This document shows positions 9,485 to 20,506 of a stretch of 64,000 nucleotides of DNA, piece after piece. Position 1 is the stretch's first letter, and every line of letters starts with the position of its first letter. The notes under the pieces were generated by a model. The model searched no databases. It had not been told where the DNA came from and saw only the letters and a program-made list of their open reading frames with translations. This stretch comes from Nitrososphaeraceae archaeon (GTDB taxonomy: Archaea; Thermoproteota; Nitrososphaeria; Nitrososphaerales; Nitrososphaeraceae): assembly GCA_044870765.1 (NCBI GenBank), contig JBIOZG010000005.1, forward strand, positions 32,001-96,000, in the 5' to 3' direction. The position numbers were made by a program, and so were the translations under genes.

Positions 9485-10412
9485 GAAATATCTAACCAGC
9501 ATTGCCGATTTAAGTGAGGAAGAGATCCTCAATCTAATTTCGTATGCAATTGAATTAAAAAAGAATCTTAATCATGGCAACAATAATGTGGAAAACCAAT
9601 CTTTGGCAGGGAAAAGTCTTGCATTGATGTTCGAAAAACCCTCAACTAGAACGCGCTTGAGCTTTGAAACTGCAATGTTTCAATTGGGTGGTAATACCAT
9701 TTATCTGAATTCTAATGATCTTCAGCTATCCAGAGGAGAATCAATCCAAGATACTGCCAAAACCATATCATTGTACGTTGACTGTTTGGTGGCAAGAGTT
9801 TATTCCCATAAAACAATTGTTGAATTGGCACAAAATTGTAAAATTCCCGTAATTAATGGATTATCTGATTTGTATCATCCATGCCAGATCTTGGCTGATC
9901 TGATGACAATATTGGAATATAAGAAGAGCTTCAGAGGATTAACGCTTTCATGGATAGGTGATGGAAATAATGTTTGTAATGATTTACTAATAGGATGCGC
10001 AAAAATGGGATTGAATATCAAAGCTGCAATTCCAGAAGGATACGATCCGCCATTAGAGATACTTAAAATAGTAACACGGGAATCTAAATTAAAGGCAACA
10101 GATTTTACTATTCTACGAGATCCAATAGAAGCAGTAAAAAACGCCGATATTGTCGTAACAGACACTTTTGTTTCTATCGGGAAAGAAAAAGAAGATGAAA
10201 AGAGAAGATCGACTTTTATTCCAAAATATCAAGTAAACGACAAACTAATGAGCTACTCGAAGGACGATGCAATTTTTATGCACTGTTTGCCTGCAAAAAG
10301 GGGTCAAGAAGTAACGTCAGAAGTGATAGATGGAAGCAAATCTGTTGTTTGGGATGAGGCAGAAAATAGATTGCATGTTCAAAAATCTCTGTTGCAAAGT
10401 TTTCTTAGCTAA
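9468..10412 (+). CDS. argF: ornithine carbamoyltransferase
   Basis: STRTR, HPCQILAD, FMHCLPA, AENRLH. Confidence 0.95.
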   Translation: MILLNKKYLTSIADLSEEEILNLISYAIELKKNLNHGNNNVENQSLAGKSLALMFEKPSTRTRLSFETAMFQLGGNTIYLNSNDLQLSRGESIQDTAKTISLYVDCLVARVYSHKTIVELAQNCKIPVINGLSDLYHPCQILADLMTILEYKKSFRGLTLSWIGDGNNVCNDLLIGCAKMGLNIKAAIPEGYDPPLEILKIVTRESKLKATDFTILRDPIEAVKNADIVVTDTFVSIGKEKEDEKRRSTFIPKYQVNDKLMSYSKDDAIFMHCLPAKRGQEVTSEVIDGSKSVVWDEAENRLHVQKSLLQSFLS

Positions 10413-10625
10413 TTTAAAGTACAAAGTAAGAATAAAAATACATAAAATTATTATGATCAATTTTATAGGACTTATTGGAATTTCGTTGGCTAAATCAGGA
10501 CCATTAGCAATGCTGACTAATTTTGCTTCTTACAATAACTCTGATTAAAACTCATTTTTGAAAATAACCAATACTAATAGTTTATGATACTTGCGAATGT
10601 GAAAAGTCATCGCTCGTGTTTATTG

Positions 10626-12119
10626 CTATTTTAGATTTGAATGTGTCACAATATGCTTTATTGTATCTTGTATGTTCTCGTTTACGAGATCTATACTTTC
10701 TTTCTTTTTCTGAACATCATTTGAATATCTATGTAATAGTAACTTGCGTTTCCTTATTATTATAGTCTGCTCTTTAGGATTTGGAGAACCTTCAGAATGG
10801 CGGACTCTAATAGATCTCTTGGAGTCAATCTCTCTTATTGTTTTGAGTAGTTTATCTACAGTGATATCGGCTTTAACTTTCGACAGAATATCTTTAATTT
10901 CGCTACCTGATAAAGACCTGAAAGGTATCTCGTCATTGTTACTTATCGACCGATTAACTAGCGCTCCAACCAATTTATGAGCGGTTCTAAAAGGTACTTT
11001 GTATCTAGTAACCAATACTTCTGCGATATCTAGAGATATTGCATAACTTTCGTTTGACGCTCTTCTCATTACATCTTTTTTTACTATTAGATACTGAATG
11101 ATGTCATTCATGATATTTAGTGACGAGACTACTAATTCGACAGAGTTCCAAAAGGGAATCTTTGTATCCTGCAAGTCCCTGCTATAGCCCGAAGGCAGTG
11201 ATTTTAGTATCGTCAAAATGGTTGTGAGATTTCCAATCACAATTGCCGTTTTGGACCTTGTTATTTCAAGTGGATCAGGGTTTCTCTTCTGTGGCATGGC
11301 GCTTGATGTTGAAGCATGTCTATCACTGATTTCTATGAAACCGAACTCTTGGGAGGACCAAATAATAAAATCTTCCGAAATTCTACTCAACGTTATCATT
11401 ATTGAAGACATAATTGATACAAGCTCTACCATGAAATCTCTTGATGATGTTGCATCTATCGAATTAGATATTATATTATCAAAACCGAGCAGTTTTGCCG
11501 TCATATTTCTATCAAGTGGTAAAAGTGATCCTCCAATTGGGCCGGCACCTAATGGGGATTGATTTAACCTATCATACAGCGAAAACAACCTATCTATCTC
11601 TCGTATAAGGCCATCAGAATATGATAGCAGATAGTGGGCAAAGTTTCCTATCTGTGCTTGTTGCAAATGCGTATAAAGAGGCATTATTGAATCTAGATTG
11701 TCTTCAGACTTTGCTATTAGTACTTTTATTAAATTAATTAGGTGAACTATGACATTTATTGTATCATCCCTTGCCTTAATTCGGATATCTGTAACAATTT
11801 GATCATTTCGTGATCTGCCTGTCTGAACTTTACCCCCCACATTGATTCCTATCTTTCTTATCAAGTGGGTCTCAAGCGCCTCGTGAATATCTTCATATCC
11901 TTCTTTCGCAAGTTTTTCTGGGTAACGCAATACACTGTCCAACTCTCGTATCAAGCGTGCAACATCATCCTTGTCTAATATGTGAATATTGTAAAGCATT
12001 ATCACATGGACCTTGGTACATAAGATATCATAATAGAGAATCTTATCATCTATATCAATGGATGAAAGAAAATTTAATATGCGCTTATCTAGATCTTCTT
12101 TGTGCCTCGATCTATACAT
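10626..12119 (-). CDS. argH: argininosuccinate lyase
   Basis: GRSRNDQ, YTHLQQAQ, SSAMPQKRNPD. Confidence 0.95.
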   Translation of the reverse strand: MYRSRHKEDLDKRILNFLSSIDIDDKILYYDILCTKVHVIMLYNIHILDKDDVARLIRELDSVLRYPEKLAKEGYEDIHEALETHLIRKIGINVGGKVQTGRSRNDQIVTDIRIKARDDTINVIVHLINLIKVLIAKSEDNLDSIMPLYTHLQQAQIGNFAHYLLSYSDGLIREIDRLFSLYDRLNQSPLGAGPIGGSLLPLDRNMTAKLLGFDNIISNSIDATSSRDFMVELVSIMSSIMITLSRISEDFIIWSSQEFGFIEISDRHASTSSAMPQKRNPDPLEITRSKTAIVIGNLTTILTILKSLPSGYSRDLQDTKIPFWNSVELVVSSLNIMNDIIQYLIVKKDVMRRASNESYAISLDIAEVLVTRYKVPFRTAHKLVGALVNRSISNNDEIPFRSLSGSEIKDILSKVKADITVDKLLKTIREIDSKRSIRVRHSEGSPNPKEQTIIIRKRKLLLHRYSNDVQKKKESIDLVNENIQDTIKHIVTHSNLK

Positions 12120-12249
12120 GGTTAAAACAAACGCCTAGACTTATTTATTGATATTTATGACCTGGTTATTTATTTTCATTCCAGTTATCCAATTATTTTA
12201 ACAAAAAAAATCAATAGTTATATAGTATAAAAATAAATTCATTAAACAT

Positions 12250-12567
12250 ATGAGTCAGGAAATTCAGCAATTACGAAAATCAATATTTGATGAGCTCACA
12301 AAAATCGTAGATCCTGAAATTGGAGTTTCCATCATGGAACTTGAATTAATTGATAAGGTCGACATTGAAGAAGGGAAGGTAAAAATAGATTTACACTTGA
12401 CAAGTCCGTTTTGTCCTGCCATATTTGGTTTCAAAATAGCTCAAGACATTCGGGACAATGTCTACAAAATACAGGGTGTTACAGAATCAAAGGTAAATGT
12501 GAGTAATCACTTCATGGCTGACGCCATAAACAAACAAGTTAATGAAAGCAAATTACCTTCAAAATAG
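12250..12567 (+). CDS. MIP18/SufT (DUF59) Fe-S cluster assembly protein
   Basis: VDPEIGVSIMELELI and LTSPFCP motifs. Confidence 0.88.
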   Translation: MSQEIQQLRKSIFDELTKIVDPEIGVSIMELELIDKVDIEEGKVKIDLHLTSPFCPAIFGFKIAQDIRDNVYKIQGVTESKVNVSNHFMADAINKQVNESKLPSK

Positions 12568-12608
12568 TTTAGGGTTAAAAAGATTTTGAAATTTTGAATT
12601 GAACTATA

Positions 12609-13451
12609 TTAGCTATTGCTATCAATAGTGCCATCTTCCGTGTTTGCGTTATTGTTTATTTCAATTCTTTTTGCTGGGACCTTATCGTTCTTGGATATGC
12701 CTAGCATGTAGGATCTTAATAGCTGTATTCCTAGAGCAGGATCTACTCCTTTAGGACATACTTTGCTACATGAGCCAGCAAAATGACATCGCCATATTCC
12801 ATGTCTATCATCTACAATATCCAATCTATTCTTGGATTCATCCCTTGTGTCGGCAAAATATCGGTATTGTTGCGCCAAAGACTGTGGTCCGGGAAATTTC
12901 ATATCAGTTCCAACAGTAGGACATGCAGAATAACACAAACCGCATTTTATACAGTAAGAGAACTGTAGATACTTATCCACGTCTTCTGGCGATTGGTAAA
13001 ATGAAAAAGTCCCTTTCTTAGTATCAGTTTCTAAATTGTCTTTGGCTTGTAAATAAGGCTGCATGTCTTTATGATGAGTGAAGAATCGTGAAAAATCAGT
13101 AACAAGATCTCTTATAATTGGAAAATTTGACAGCGGTTCGCATTCAATAGTTGATGTTTCCAGTTCAGAGATTTTTGTATAACAGGCCAGTTTTGGGATC
13201 CCATTTATTTTCATTCCACAGGAACCACATGAGGCCATCCTACACGAGTATCTTATGGCAACGCTTGAATCTATGTAACTCTTTACATATAATAGAGCAT
13301 CAAGTACGGTTGTCCATTTTCTGTACGGGACTTTAAAAGTGTCATAATGGGACCCCGTTTTCTGTGACCTGTTTTCTCTATATACTTTTAATGTTATCCG
13401 CTGCTCATTTATGTTATTGTCATTGTTATTGTTGTCAGCCGTATTGCTCAA
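12609..13451 (-). CDS. sdhB: succinate dehydrogenase Fe-S subunit
   Basis: SCRMASCGSC (2Fe-2S), CIKCGLCYSACP (4Fe-4S), CHFAGSCSKVCP (3Fe-4S). Confidence 0.95.
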   Translation of the reverse strand: MSNTADNNNNDNNINEQRITLKVYRENRSQKTGSHYDTFKVPYRKWTTVLDALLYVKSYIDSSVAIRYSCRMASCGSCGMKINGIPKLACYTKISELETSTIECEPLSNFPIIRDLVTDFSRFFTHHKDMQPYLQAKDNLETDTKKGTFSFYQSPEDVDKYLQFSYCIKCGLCYSACPTVGTDMKFPGPQSLAQQYRYFADTRDESKNRLDIVDDRHGIWRCHFAGSCSKVCPKGVDPALGIQLLRSYMLGISKNDKVPAKRIEINNNANTEDGTIDSNS

Positions 13452-13457
13452 TATCTA

Positions 13458-13817
13458 TTATCCCAATCCATTTGCCAATATTATTGTTCTAGTCCCATAT
13501 GCAATCAGTGCAATCATTGCTGAAATTGTCACAACAGTAACCATGTTTTCCCAGGCCCTGCTTTGTCTCAACTCTAATAATATTATTCTTACTCCGTTAA
13601 AACCATGCACAGAAATTAGGACAAGAATTGATTCTAAAATTAAAACATAGACTAAATTCTTGTAATTAGCGATAATGTAATCATATTCAAGACTCAGTTC
13701 AAATGGGACTACTAGTCTCATTAAGATATGAACTGCAACAACAAATATTGCAGCAATACCTGTAATGTAGTGAATTTTCATTATTTGGCTTTCTTTTAAT
13801 AGTGTGTGGCTTTCCAT
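13458..13817 (-). CDS. sdhD: succinate dehydrogenase membrane anchor subunit D
   Basis: 3 TM helices, HGFNGVR heme-ligand motif, position in sdh operon. Confidence 0.85.
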   Translation of the reverse strand: MESHTLLKESQIMKIHYITGIAAIFVVAVHILMRLVVPFELSLEYDYIIANYKNLVYVLILESILVLISVHGFNGVRIILLELRQSRAWENMVTVVTISAMIALIAYGTRTIILANGLG

Positions 13818-13827
13818 GATTGATTGA

Positions 13828-14274
13828 TTACACTCCGAACAAGACGTTAAAGCCGTAGTACATTGCTACTGCAGACAAAATTAATGCTATCCATATTCCG
13901 GATTTTTGTCTGTAATTTAGTGATGCAGGGCTGTATGGGTAGTCTGGTCTTCCGGGAGTTCCCAGTCCGATACCTACATGGGTAAAGACGAGTCGAATCC
14001 CATTTGCAGAATGAAATGTACTAGCACCAATTACCATAATTAGAAACAGGTGTCCCCATACTGTTTGAGTTAATTCTAAAAATGATTCCCATGCATTCTG
14101 GCCATTAACTATAGTACTTGTTTCATACACATGTCCAATAAAGTAGATTAAAAGAAAAACTCCAGTTAATCTCTGAAACCAGTAGGAAATTCGCTCCCAA
14201 CCATACCTAGAAGGATTAAGCCATCCTCCTATTCCTTCCAAGTTGTTACGAGTCGGCTGTTCTATCTCTTTCAT
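13828..14274 (-). CDS. sdhC: succinate dehydrogenase cytochrome b subunit C
   Basis: QRLTG and FHSANGIR motifs; ATG at 14274 overlaps sdhA stop (TGATG). Confidence 0.88.
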   Translation of the reverse strand: MKEIEQPTRNNLEGIGGWLNPSRYGWERISYWFQRLTGVFLLIYFIGHVYETSTIVNGQNAWESFLELTQTVWGHLFLIMVIGASTFHSANGIRLVFTHVGIGLGTPGRPDYPYSPASLNYRQKSGIWIALILSAVAMYYGFNVLFGV

Positions 14275-16001
14275 CAGTATTTTCTCTCTGCTGGAATATA
14301 TCTTGTCAAGGTTACAGAATGCCACGAAAAGTGCGGTTCATCTTCGCCTTTAAAGTATGCCAGTGTATGTTTTAGGAAATTAACATCATCTCTGTTAGGG
14401 TAGTCAGTCCTAGAATGCGCCCCGCGTGATTCCCTCCTATTCAAAGCTCCAACTAATATTATTTCTCCCACCCTCAATAATGAATCTATCTCCATTACAT
14501 TAATGAAATTTGTATTATATTCCTTGGCGCTATCATCAACATGCTTCCATGCTGAATTCTGAAGTTCTCTAACTTTTTTCAAGCCTTCAATGAGTTTGCT
14601 TTCATCTCGGAAAATATAGGCCTTGACGTCCATCATATCTGTAAACTCCTTTCTAATATCATATGGGTTGACTTGGCCTCTTCCACGGAAAATACCATCA
14701 AATATTCTCTTTTCTTCAGATTCAATCTTATTTTCTGCAATGGTTGTTGTTGTGCCTGCCTCTTTCTTCTTTTCAGCGTAATTTGCAGCCATTTTTCCTG
14801 TTATGCTTCCCCATACCAAGCATTCTGAAGTAGAGTTTGCTCCAAGCCTATTTGCCCCGTGCAGGCTATTGCAGGCTGCTTCACCTGCAGACCACAAGCC
14901 ATTCAATTCAGTTTGACCATCGATGTTAGTGTGAATGCCACCCATCATGTAATGACAAACAGGCCTAATTTCTATAGGCTCACTTATTATATCGACCCCT
15001 GAAAATTTGAAACCAATCTCTCTAATGCCTGCTAACTTTTCTTTTATGCGCTCTTCGCCCAAATGAGTGAGGTCTAACTTTAGACAGTCTACTCCAGTTT
15101 CGTGTTTAAAACCCCTTCCATTTTCAATTTCCTTTATCATTGATCTGGAAACAACGTCACGGGGAGCCAGCTCTAGTTTTTCTGGTGCGTAGTTTTTCAT
15201 GAATCTCTCGCCTAAATTATTTATCAAATATCCGCCTTCTCCTCTGGCGCCTTCTGTTATGAGAATACCTGATGGAAGAATCCCTGTTGGGTGAAATTGG
15301 ACAAATTCCATGTCCTTCAGGGCCAAACCTGCCCTATAACCCATATCCAGACCATCCGGAGTGGAGGAGTAGGCATAAGTTGAAAAGCTATAAAGTCTTC
15401 CTGCACCACCGGTGGCGATAATTCCAGAATTAGAGTCAAACACATAAAAGTTTCCACTTTTCATCTCTATAGCAGTAACACCGGAAAAGTTATTGTTACC
15501 ATCATCAAGTATTGATGTGCAAAACCATTCATTATAAAAATGGATGTTATCATATTTTAGACACGTATCGTACAGTGTTTGCATTTCATAAAAACCAACT
15601 TTGTCTTGCGCATAGGTAGCCCTTGGGAAAGAATATCCACCAAATTTTCTTTGATCGATTCTGCCATCATCCCTTCTTGACCAGGGCATTCCCCACTTGT
15701 CCATTTGGTATATCTCATTTGGTATTTCATGGGCTAGTTTTTCAGCTACATCTTGATCGCACAGGAAATCACTACCCCTTATGGTATCATATATGTGGGA
15801 CTCGATATTGTCTCCCTCATCAGAAAATAAGACCGCTGCCGTTCCACCTTCGGCAGAGACCGAATGTGATCGCATAACCTGGACCTTTGAAATTACTCCA
15901 ATATTCAACTTGTCATTTGTCACTGCAGCAGATATAGCGGCACGCAATCCTGCCAGGCCCGTGCCTATGATAAGCATATCGTGAGAAATATGGTCTGTCA
16001 A
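14274..16001 (-). CDS. sdhA: succinate dehydrogenase flavoprotein subunit
   Basis: GTGLAG, RSHSVSAEGG (covalent FAD His), QFHPTG, HYMMGG, HGANRLGANS. Confidence 0.96.
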   Translation of the reverse strand: MTDHISHDMLIIGTGLAGLRAAISAAVTNDKLNIGVISKVQVMRSHSVSAEGGTAAVLFSDEGDNIESHIYDTIRGSDFLCDQDVAEKLAHEIPNEIYQMDKWGMPWSRRDDGRIDQRKFGGYSFPRATYAQDKVGFYEMQTLYDTCLKYDNIHFYNEWFCTSILDDGNNNFSGVTAIEMKSGNFYVFDSNSGIIATGGAGRLYSFSTYAYSSTPDGLDMGYRAGLALKDMEFVQFHPTGILPSGILITEGARGEGGYLINNLGERFMKNYAPEKLELAPRDVVSRSMIKEIENGRGFKHETGVDCLKLDLTHLGEERIKEKLAGIREIGFKFSGVDIISEPIEIRPVCHYMMGGIHTNIDGQTELNGLWSAGEAACNSLHGANRLGANSTSECLVWGSITGKMAANYAEKKKEAGTTTTIAENKIESEEKRIFDGIFRGRGQVNPYDIRKEFTDMMDVKAYIFRDESKLIEGLKKVRELQNSAWKHVDDSAKEYNTNFINVMEIDSLLRVGEIILVGALNRRESRGAHSRTDYPNRDDVNFLKHTLAYFKGEDEPHFSWHSVTLTRYIPAERKY

Positions 16002-16133
16002 ATAACTATTGCAACCTCATCCATCCATCCATTATCCTTTACGATGACCTCTATATTCAGCAGTAAATATATTATTCTTTTTCAGAGAAATAAAACCTAA
16101 TGCAGCAGGAATGATTGAAGATACACTTTAATT

Positions 16134-16415
16134 GTGAGAGCTATTTTTCCCAGTCAGATGAGCCTAAATTGCACTGGCAAGGTGCTCTTGACAACCAATA
16201 CTTCAGACGATGTCATAGCGCTAGCTGCCAAGAGGAAATTGATTGAAAACGGGATACAAGAATCACAGATAACATTGGGTCATGATATACAAATCCTGGA
16301 AAAAGACGATTTTTATGTTAGCTATGATCCGCCAGATTTGGTCATAAGAATTGTATATGATAAAAAGCCAAATGGTATGATAAAAATGAAGAATATAAAA
16401 ATGATTAAAATTTAA
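16134..16415 (+). CDS. hypothetical protein
   Basis: 93-codon ORF filling the sdhA-hisS gap; start may be ATG at 16158. Confidence 0.6.
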   Translation: MRAIFPSQMSLNCTGKVLLTTNTSDDVIALAAKRKLIENGIQESQITLGHDIQILEKDDFYVSYDPPDLVIRIVYDKKPNGMIKMKNIKMIKI

Positions 16416-16470
16416 ACCAAAGGCTCACAGTATTAAATGAAACGAATAAGAAATTTTGAATTACATTTGT

Positions 16471-17742
16471 CTATATTATCTGGTCTAAATATTTGTCAAT
16501 TTCATTAATACTCTGCTTCTGTTCCTTTGATCCAGATTTTATAGTAACGATGTCTTTCTTGAATTCATCAAAGCTTATGATAATTATGGCAACTGCTTTT
16601 TTGAGGGCAGCTTCGTGAAACTGTTTGCTTACTGTTCTGCCATTTATGTCATAATCAGTTGCATACCCAAGATTCCTTAATTTTGAAACCACTTCAATTG
16701 CATGTTTTTTTTCTTCTCTGGAACTGTAAGTGACATAAATTAGGGGCCTTTGGATTGTCTTGTTTGATTTGTCTTTGATGGCTGTAAGAATCCTTTCCAC
16801 GCCACCTGCGGCACCGGTTGCAAACAAATCCTTTCTACCAAACGCTTCTGTCAATCTATCATATCTGCCGCCACCCACAAGCGATCCAATCTGCGATGTT
16901 TGATCTTTGGCTTCAAATACAATGCCCGAATAATAATCAAGTCCTCGGACTATCCTAAAATCTACCATCAAGTTGCTTACCTGTCTTGATTTTAAAGAGT
17001 CTACAAGTTCCACAAGGACTTTGGATGACTCAAATTCACTTACCTTACTGTTTTCTAGCATTTTCTCAGGTGTGCCGTTAAAGGAGACAAATTCAATAAA
17101 TTTTCGCAAACTGGCCGAGTCAAGCTTTTGCTTATATTCTTCAACTATGTGCTCACTACTTCTTTTGGCAAGTTTATCAATTGCCCTCATCATTTCATTT
17201 ACAGTGCTATTGTCTGTAATCCCAAGAGACCTTGTCAAGTATTCTTCTAAAATAGATCTATGGTTTAATGCAATGACAAAATCAATTCCCAATTTTTTCA
17301 AGAAGTGTGAAACAAACTCTATAGTTTCAGCATCAGCATCTACCTCTGGCGATCCGAATATTTCGATATCCCATTGATGAAAATATCTGTATCTGCCTAA
17401 CTGTGGTTCGTCATAACGCCAGACACCTCCAAATGATGATAGTTTTGCTGGGAGTTTAAGGTCTCTTCGCATAGAAACAAATCTAGACAATCCTATGGTA
17501 AGGTCAAAGCGTAATGCTATATTTCGTCCACCTTTATCCGTAAAGCTGTATGTTTCATCAATTATTGATGGCCCGCTTTTGGCTTCTAGAGTGGATAATA
17601 ATTCCAGCGTTGAAGGCTCTGTTTGCTTAAAGTCAAAGATTTCTGCAGTTTCTACGAATTTGTCTCTAATATGGGATATATTTCCTAATTCCTCATATTG
17701 CAAATCCCTCATTCCTCGCGGAAGGTCTAACTTCACAATCAT
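16471..17742 (-). CDS. hisS: histidine--tRNA ligase
   Basis: LRFDLT, RYDEPQLGRYRYFHQ, RGLDYY, GGGRYD. Confidence 0.95.
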   Translation of the reverse strand: MIVKLDLPRGMRDLQYEELGNISHIRDKFVETAEIFDFKQTEPSTLELLSTLEAKSGPSIIDETYSFTDKGGRNIALRFDLTIGLSRFVSMRRDLKLPAKLSSFGGVWRYDEPQLGRYRYFHQWDIEIFGSPEVDADAETIEFVSHFLKKLGIDFVIALNHRSILEEYLTRSLGITDNSTVNEMMRAIDKLAKRSSEHIVEEYKQKLDSASLRKFIEFVSFNGTPEKMLENSKVSEFESSKVLVELVDSLKSRQVSNLMVDFRIVRGLDYYSGIVFEAKDQTSQIGSLVGGGRYDRLTEAFGRKDLFATGAAGGVERILTAIKDKSNKTIQRPLIYVTYSSREEKKHAIEVVSKLRNLGYATDYDINGRTVSKQFHEAALKKAVAIIIISFDEFKKDIVTIKSGSKEQKQSINEIDKYLDQII

Positions 17743-17806
17743 GAGGATCGTGTATCATCATTTAGATTTTGCGATTAGTTATAATAATGCAGCAGAAAAA
17801 CAGACA

Positions 17807-18238
17807 TTGTTGGCCGGAGGTTACAGATATCTTGACCATGTCACCGATGCATATATTGAGGCGTACGGTGACAGCATGGAAGAAGCATTTTCGTACGCAG
17901 CCAAAGGAACAATCAATGTAATGTTTGATATTAACGAAATTCGGGGCAAAAGCAAATTAGAATTTGAAGTAGATGGACATGACCATCCCGAATTATTATT
18001 CAACTGGTTGGAAAGGATACTTTTACTTATTGCAATAGATAACAAGGTAATGTCAAATTTTGAGATAAAAATTTCTAAACTGGAATCCAAGTATCGACTG
18101 ACAGCATTGACAATGACAGATTTAATAGACTTGTCAAAACATGGCTATAGGACCGAAATAAAAGGGGTGACCTACCATGAAATGGAAGTTTTACAGGAAG
18201 GAGATTTGAATAAAGTAAGGTTCATACTTGATTTATAG
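17807..18238 (+). CDS. archease
   Basis: YRYLDHVTDAYIEAYG N-terminus, EIKGVTYH, C-terminal FILDL; TTG start at 17807 or 17810 avoids overlap with hisS. Confidence 0.9.
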   Translation: MLAGGYRYLDHVTDAYIEAYGDSMEEAFSYAAKGTINVMFDINEIRGKSKLEFEVDGHDHPELLFNWLERILLLIAIDNKVMSNFEIKISKLESKYRLTALTMTDLIDLSKHGYRTEIKGVTYHEMEVLQEGDLNKVRFILDL

Positions 18239-18362
18239 TGAACCGAAAAGGCTCAAAACATTACGAGACCAACATTTTAGAAGGACTTACAATAGGTAGT
18301 GTAGAAATTTTTGTTGTTGCCTTACAAGATTTAAATATCAATTCAGATGATAAATTGTAACA

Positions 18363-18701
18363 ATGAGTTCTGATTCTAATAAGCCTGCGCTTGTTGAATT
18401 GTCCGAAAAAAACTTTGATGAAATAATAGGGGGCAATAAGCCCGTACTAGTAGATTTTTGGGCAACATGGTGTGGACCATGTCAGTTCATGCTTCCAATA
18501 TTTGACAAGCTTGCCAAAAAGTATGAAGAGAAAGTTATTTTTGGAAGACTGAATGTTGATGACAACCAGGGAGTGGCAATGAGGTTTGACGTCTACGCAA
18601 TTCCTACATTCATCGTATTTATGAATGGAAAGCTAGTCGAAAAAGCAGTCGGCGCTGTTGGCGAGAAGGGGCTAGAAGGTTTACTAGAAAAGTACCAGTA
18701 A
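18363..18701 (+). CDS. trxA: thioredoxin
   Basis: VDFWATWCGPC, AIPT. Confidence 0.93.
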   Translation: MSSDSNKPALVELSEKNFDEIIGGNKPVLVDFWATWCGPCQFMLPIFDKLAKKYEEKVIFGRLNVDDNQGVAMRFDVYAIPTFIVFMNGKLVEKAVGAVGEKGLEGLLEKYQ

Positions 18702-18721
18702 CAAAATTTTGAATCTTAATT

Positions 18722-20506
18722 TCACAGATATCCAAACGCAGGATCTGATTCACGTTTTTTTGATAATATAAAATTAAAAATTTCCTGCTCCTCTTCGCTG
18801 AGTTTGTCTGAAAATCTTTCCAGCAGTATTCTTGCTTGTCTGCTGTTAAGATCTGTATAAAAAACATCGCCTTCATTTATCTGTCTGCCAATCGTAGGTT
18901 CCTTTATGGAAAGAGCTACCTGTGTTCCTCTATCGGCGATATCTAGGTTTTTGCCTTCATTTTGTATTTGATGTACCACACCAATTTTCTTACCATCTTG
19001 ATTTATTACAGTAATCTTTTGCCTTAATTTACCGACTAGTATCTCGGCACCAAATACTGCGGGGTTGTTCCTTCTGAAAACATAACCTTTCATGAACTGA
19101 AATTTGCAGATAGGGGGTATTTCATTAAAAATAATTGAATCTTCGTGAACTTTTTCATAATCTACCCATTCAGAGTAACTTCTAACTAAATTGTAGATTA
19201 TTTTTTCGTTAAATATTTTTATTTTCCTTTCAAAGGCTTCCTTTTCTGCATCTTCAAAGACCTTTACATTGAATCCAAGAACCACTCCTAGGTAACGATC
19301 TTTCTCTCTAACGGCAGAGGCAGAGAGGATATCCCTGCGAGTAATAGTCCCTAGATCAGCGGATCTAATTGGTATGTTATCTTTTTTCAAAAGTTCAGTA
19401 ATAGCTTCAATTGATCCTATGGTATCGCATCGCAAAATTATGCCGTTGGTCTCTGTTTGTATTATCGCTGATCTAATCTCGGACTCTATACTTATTTTTA
19501 ATTTTTCTTCGTCCTCAGGCCGTTTAACAACATAGAGTGGACTTCCAGCAAGTACACCTTCAAGGTCAGGCGAGGTTATTTTCAGACCTGCAGCAGCAGT
19601 AACTTTATCGACATGTCTAAATTTATCCCTGGGATCTCTCATTTCATCCAGTGGTTTTGGAAGTAGTAGTGCCTTGATTTTAGTGGTGGTAACAGTATCT
19701 TTTTTACCGACAACAATTCTGTCTCCTTGCTTTAGGGTACCGTCTAAAAGTATAATATTTGCTGACGGTCCCAGTCCTATTTCATCATTAACTTCAAGCA
19801 CAAGACCTCTTGTTTCCGTTTCATGTCGCTCCAGCCTTTTGGACAAGTATTGTTGGGTCAATCCCACCAGTACGGCCAGTAGTTCTGGTATTCCAGTTCC
19901 TCTTACGGCACTTACAGGAACAATTGCCAGTTCCTTAGTAAAATCTTTAACCCGCCAGAATGCCTCAGAATTATATCCTAATCGAGAAAGGGCACCAACA
20001 ACAGTGTAAATTTTTTCATCTAGAAATGACACAATGGAGGTATCTTGAATCTTTAATTGTTCTGCAACCAGGATCGAATCATTTTTTTTCCAACCTGATA
20101 TTTGATCTATCTTATTGAGGGCTATGACAAATGGGACCTTTCTCTTTTTTAATATATCCAAACTTTCAATCGTTTGCGCCTCAAGTCCTTTGTTAACATC
20201 TACTACTACAATGGCAATATCCGCTGCTGAACCACCCCTCATGCGGAGATTTGCAAAAACTTCATGACCGGGAGTATCTATTACGAGTAGGCCTGGAACG
20301 GGATTTTCTGATTTGGACAGCTGGTCAAATAACTTGCCTGTAATATCTTTGATTGTTTCAATCGGAAAATAGCTTGCGCCAATGTGTTGGGTTATTCCTC
20401 CCTCTTCTCTGGATTGTACAGCCGTTCCACGAATTTTGTCAAGTAAGGAGGTTTTGCCGGAGTCTACATGACCTAATACAACTACAACAGGTTGGCGAAG
20501 TTCCAC
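18722..20506 (-). CDS. infB: translation initiation factor aIF5B (IF-2)
   Basis: GHVDSGKT, GGITQHIGA, DTPGHE, NKID. Confidence 0.96.
   Translation of the reverse strand: MELRQPVVVVLGHVDSGKTSLLDKIRGTAVQSREEGGITQHIGASYFPIETIKDITGKLFDQLSKSENPVPGLLVIDTPGHEVFANLRMRGGSAADIAIVVVDVNKGLEAQTIESLDILKKRKVPFVIALNKIDQISGWKKNDSILVAEQLKIQDTSIVSFLDEKIYTVVGALSRLGYNSEAFWRVKDFTKELAIVPVSAVRGTGIPELLAVLVGLTQQYLSKRLERHETETRGLVLEVNDEIGLGPSANIILLDGTLKQGDRIVVGKKDTVTTTKIKALLLPKPLDEMRDPRDKFRHVDKVTAAAGLKITSPDLEGVLAGSPLYVVKRPEDEEKLKISIESEIRSAIIQTETNGIILRCDTIGSIEAITELLKKDNIPIRSADLGTITRRDILSASAVREKDRYLGVVLGFNVKVFEDAEKEAFERKIKIFNEKIIYNLVRSYSEWVDYEKVHEDSIIFNEIPPICKFQFMKGYVFRRNNPAVFGAEILVGKLRQKITVINQDGKKIGVVHQIQNEGKNLDIADRGTQVALSIKEPTIGRQINEGDVFYTDLNSRQARILLERFSDKLSEEEQEIFNFILSKKRESDPAFGYL

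Noticed and set aside
17495-17806. N-terminal extension of the archease ORF
   Set aside because: Antisense to the hisS 5' end; archease similarity begins only at about 17807
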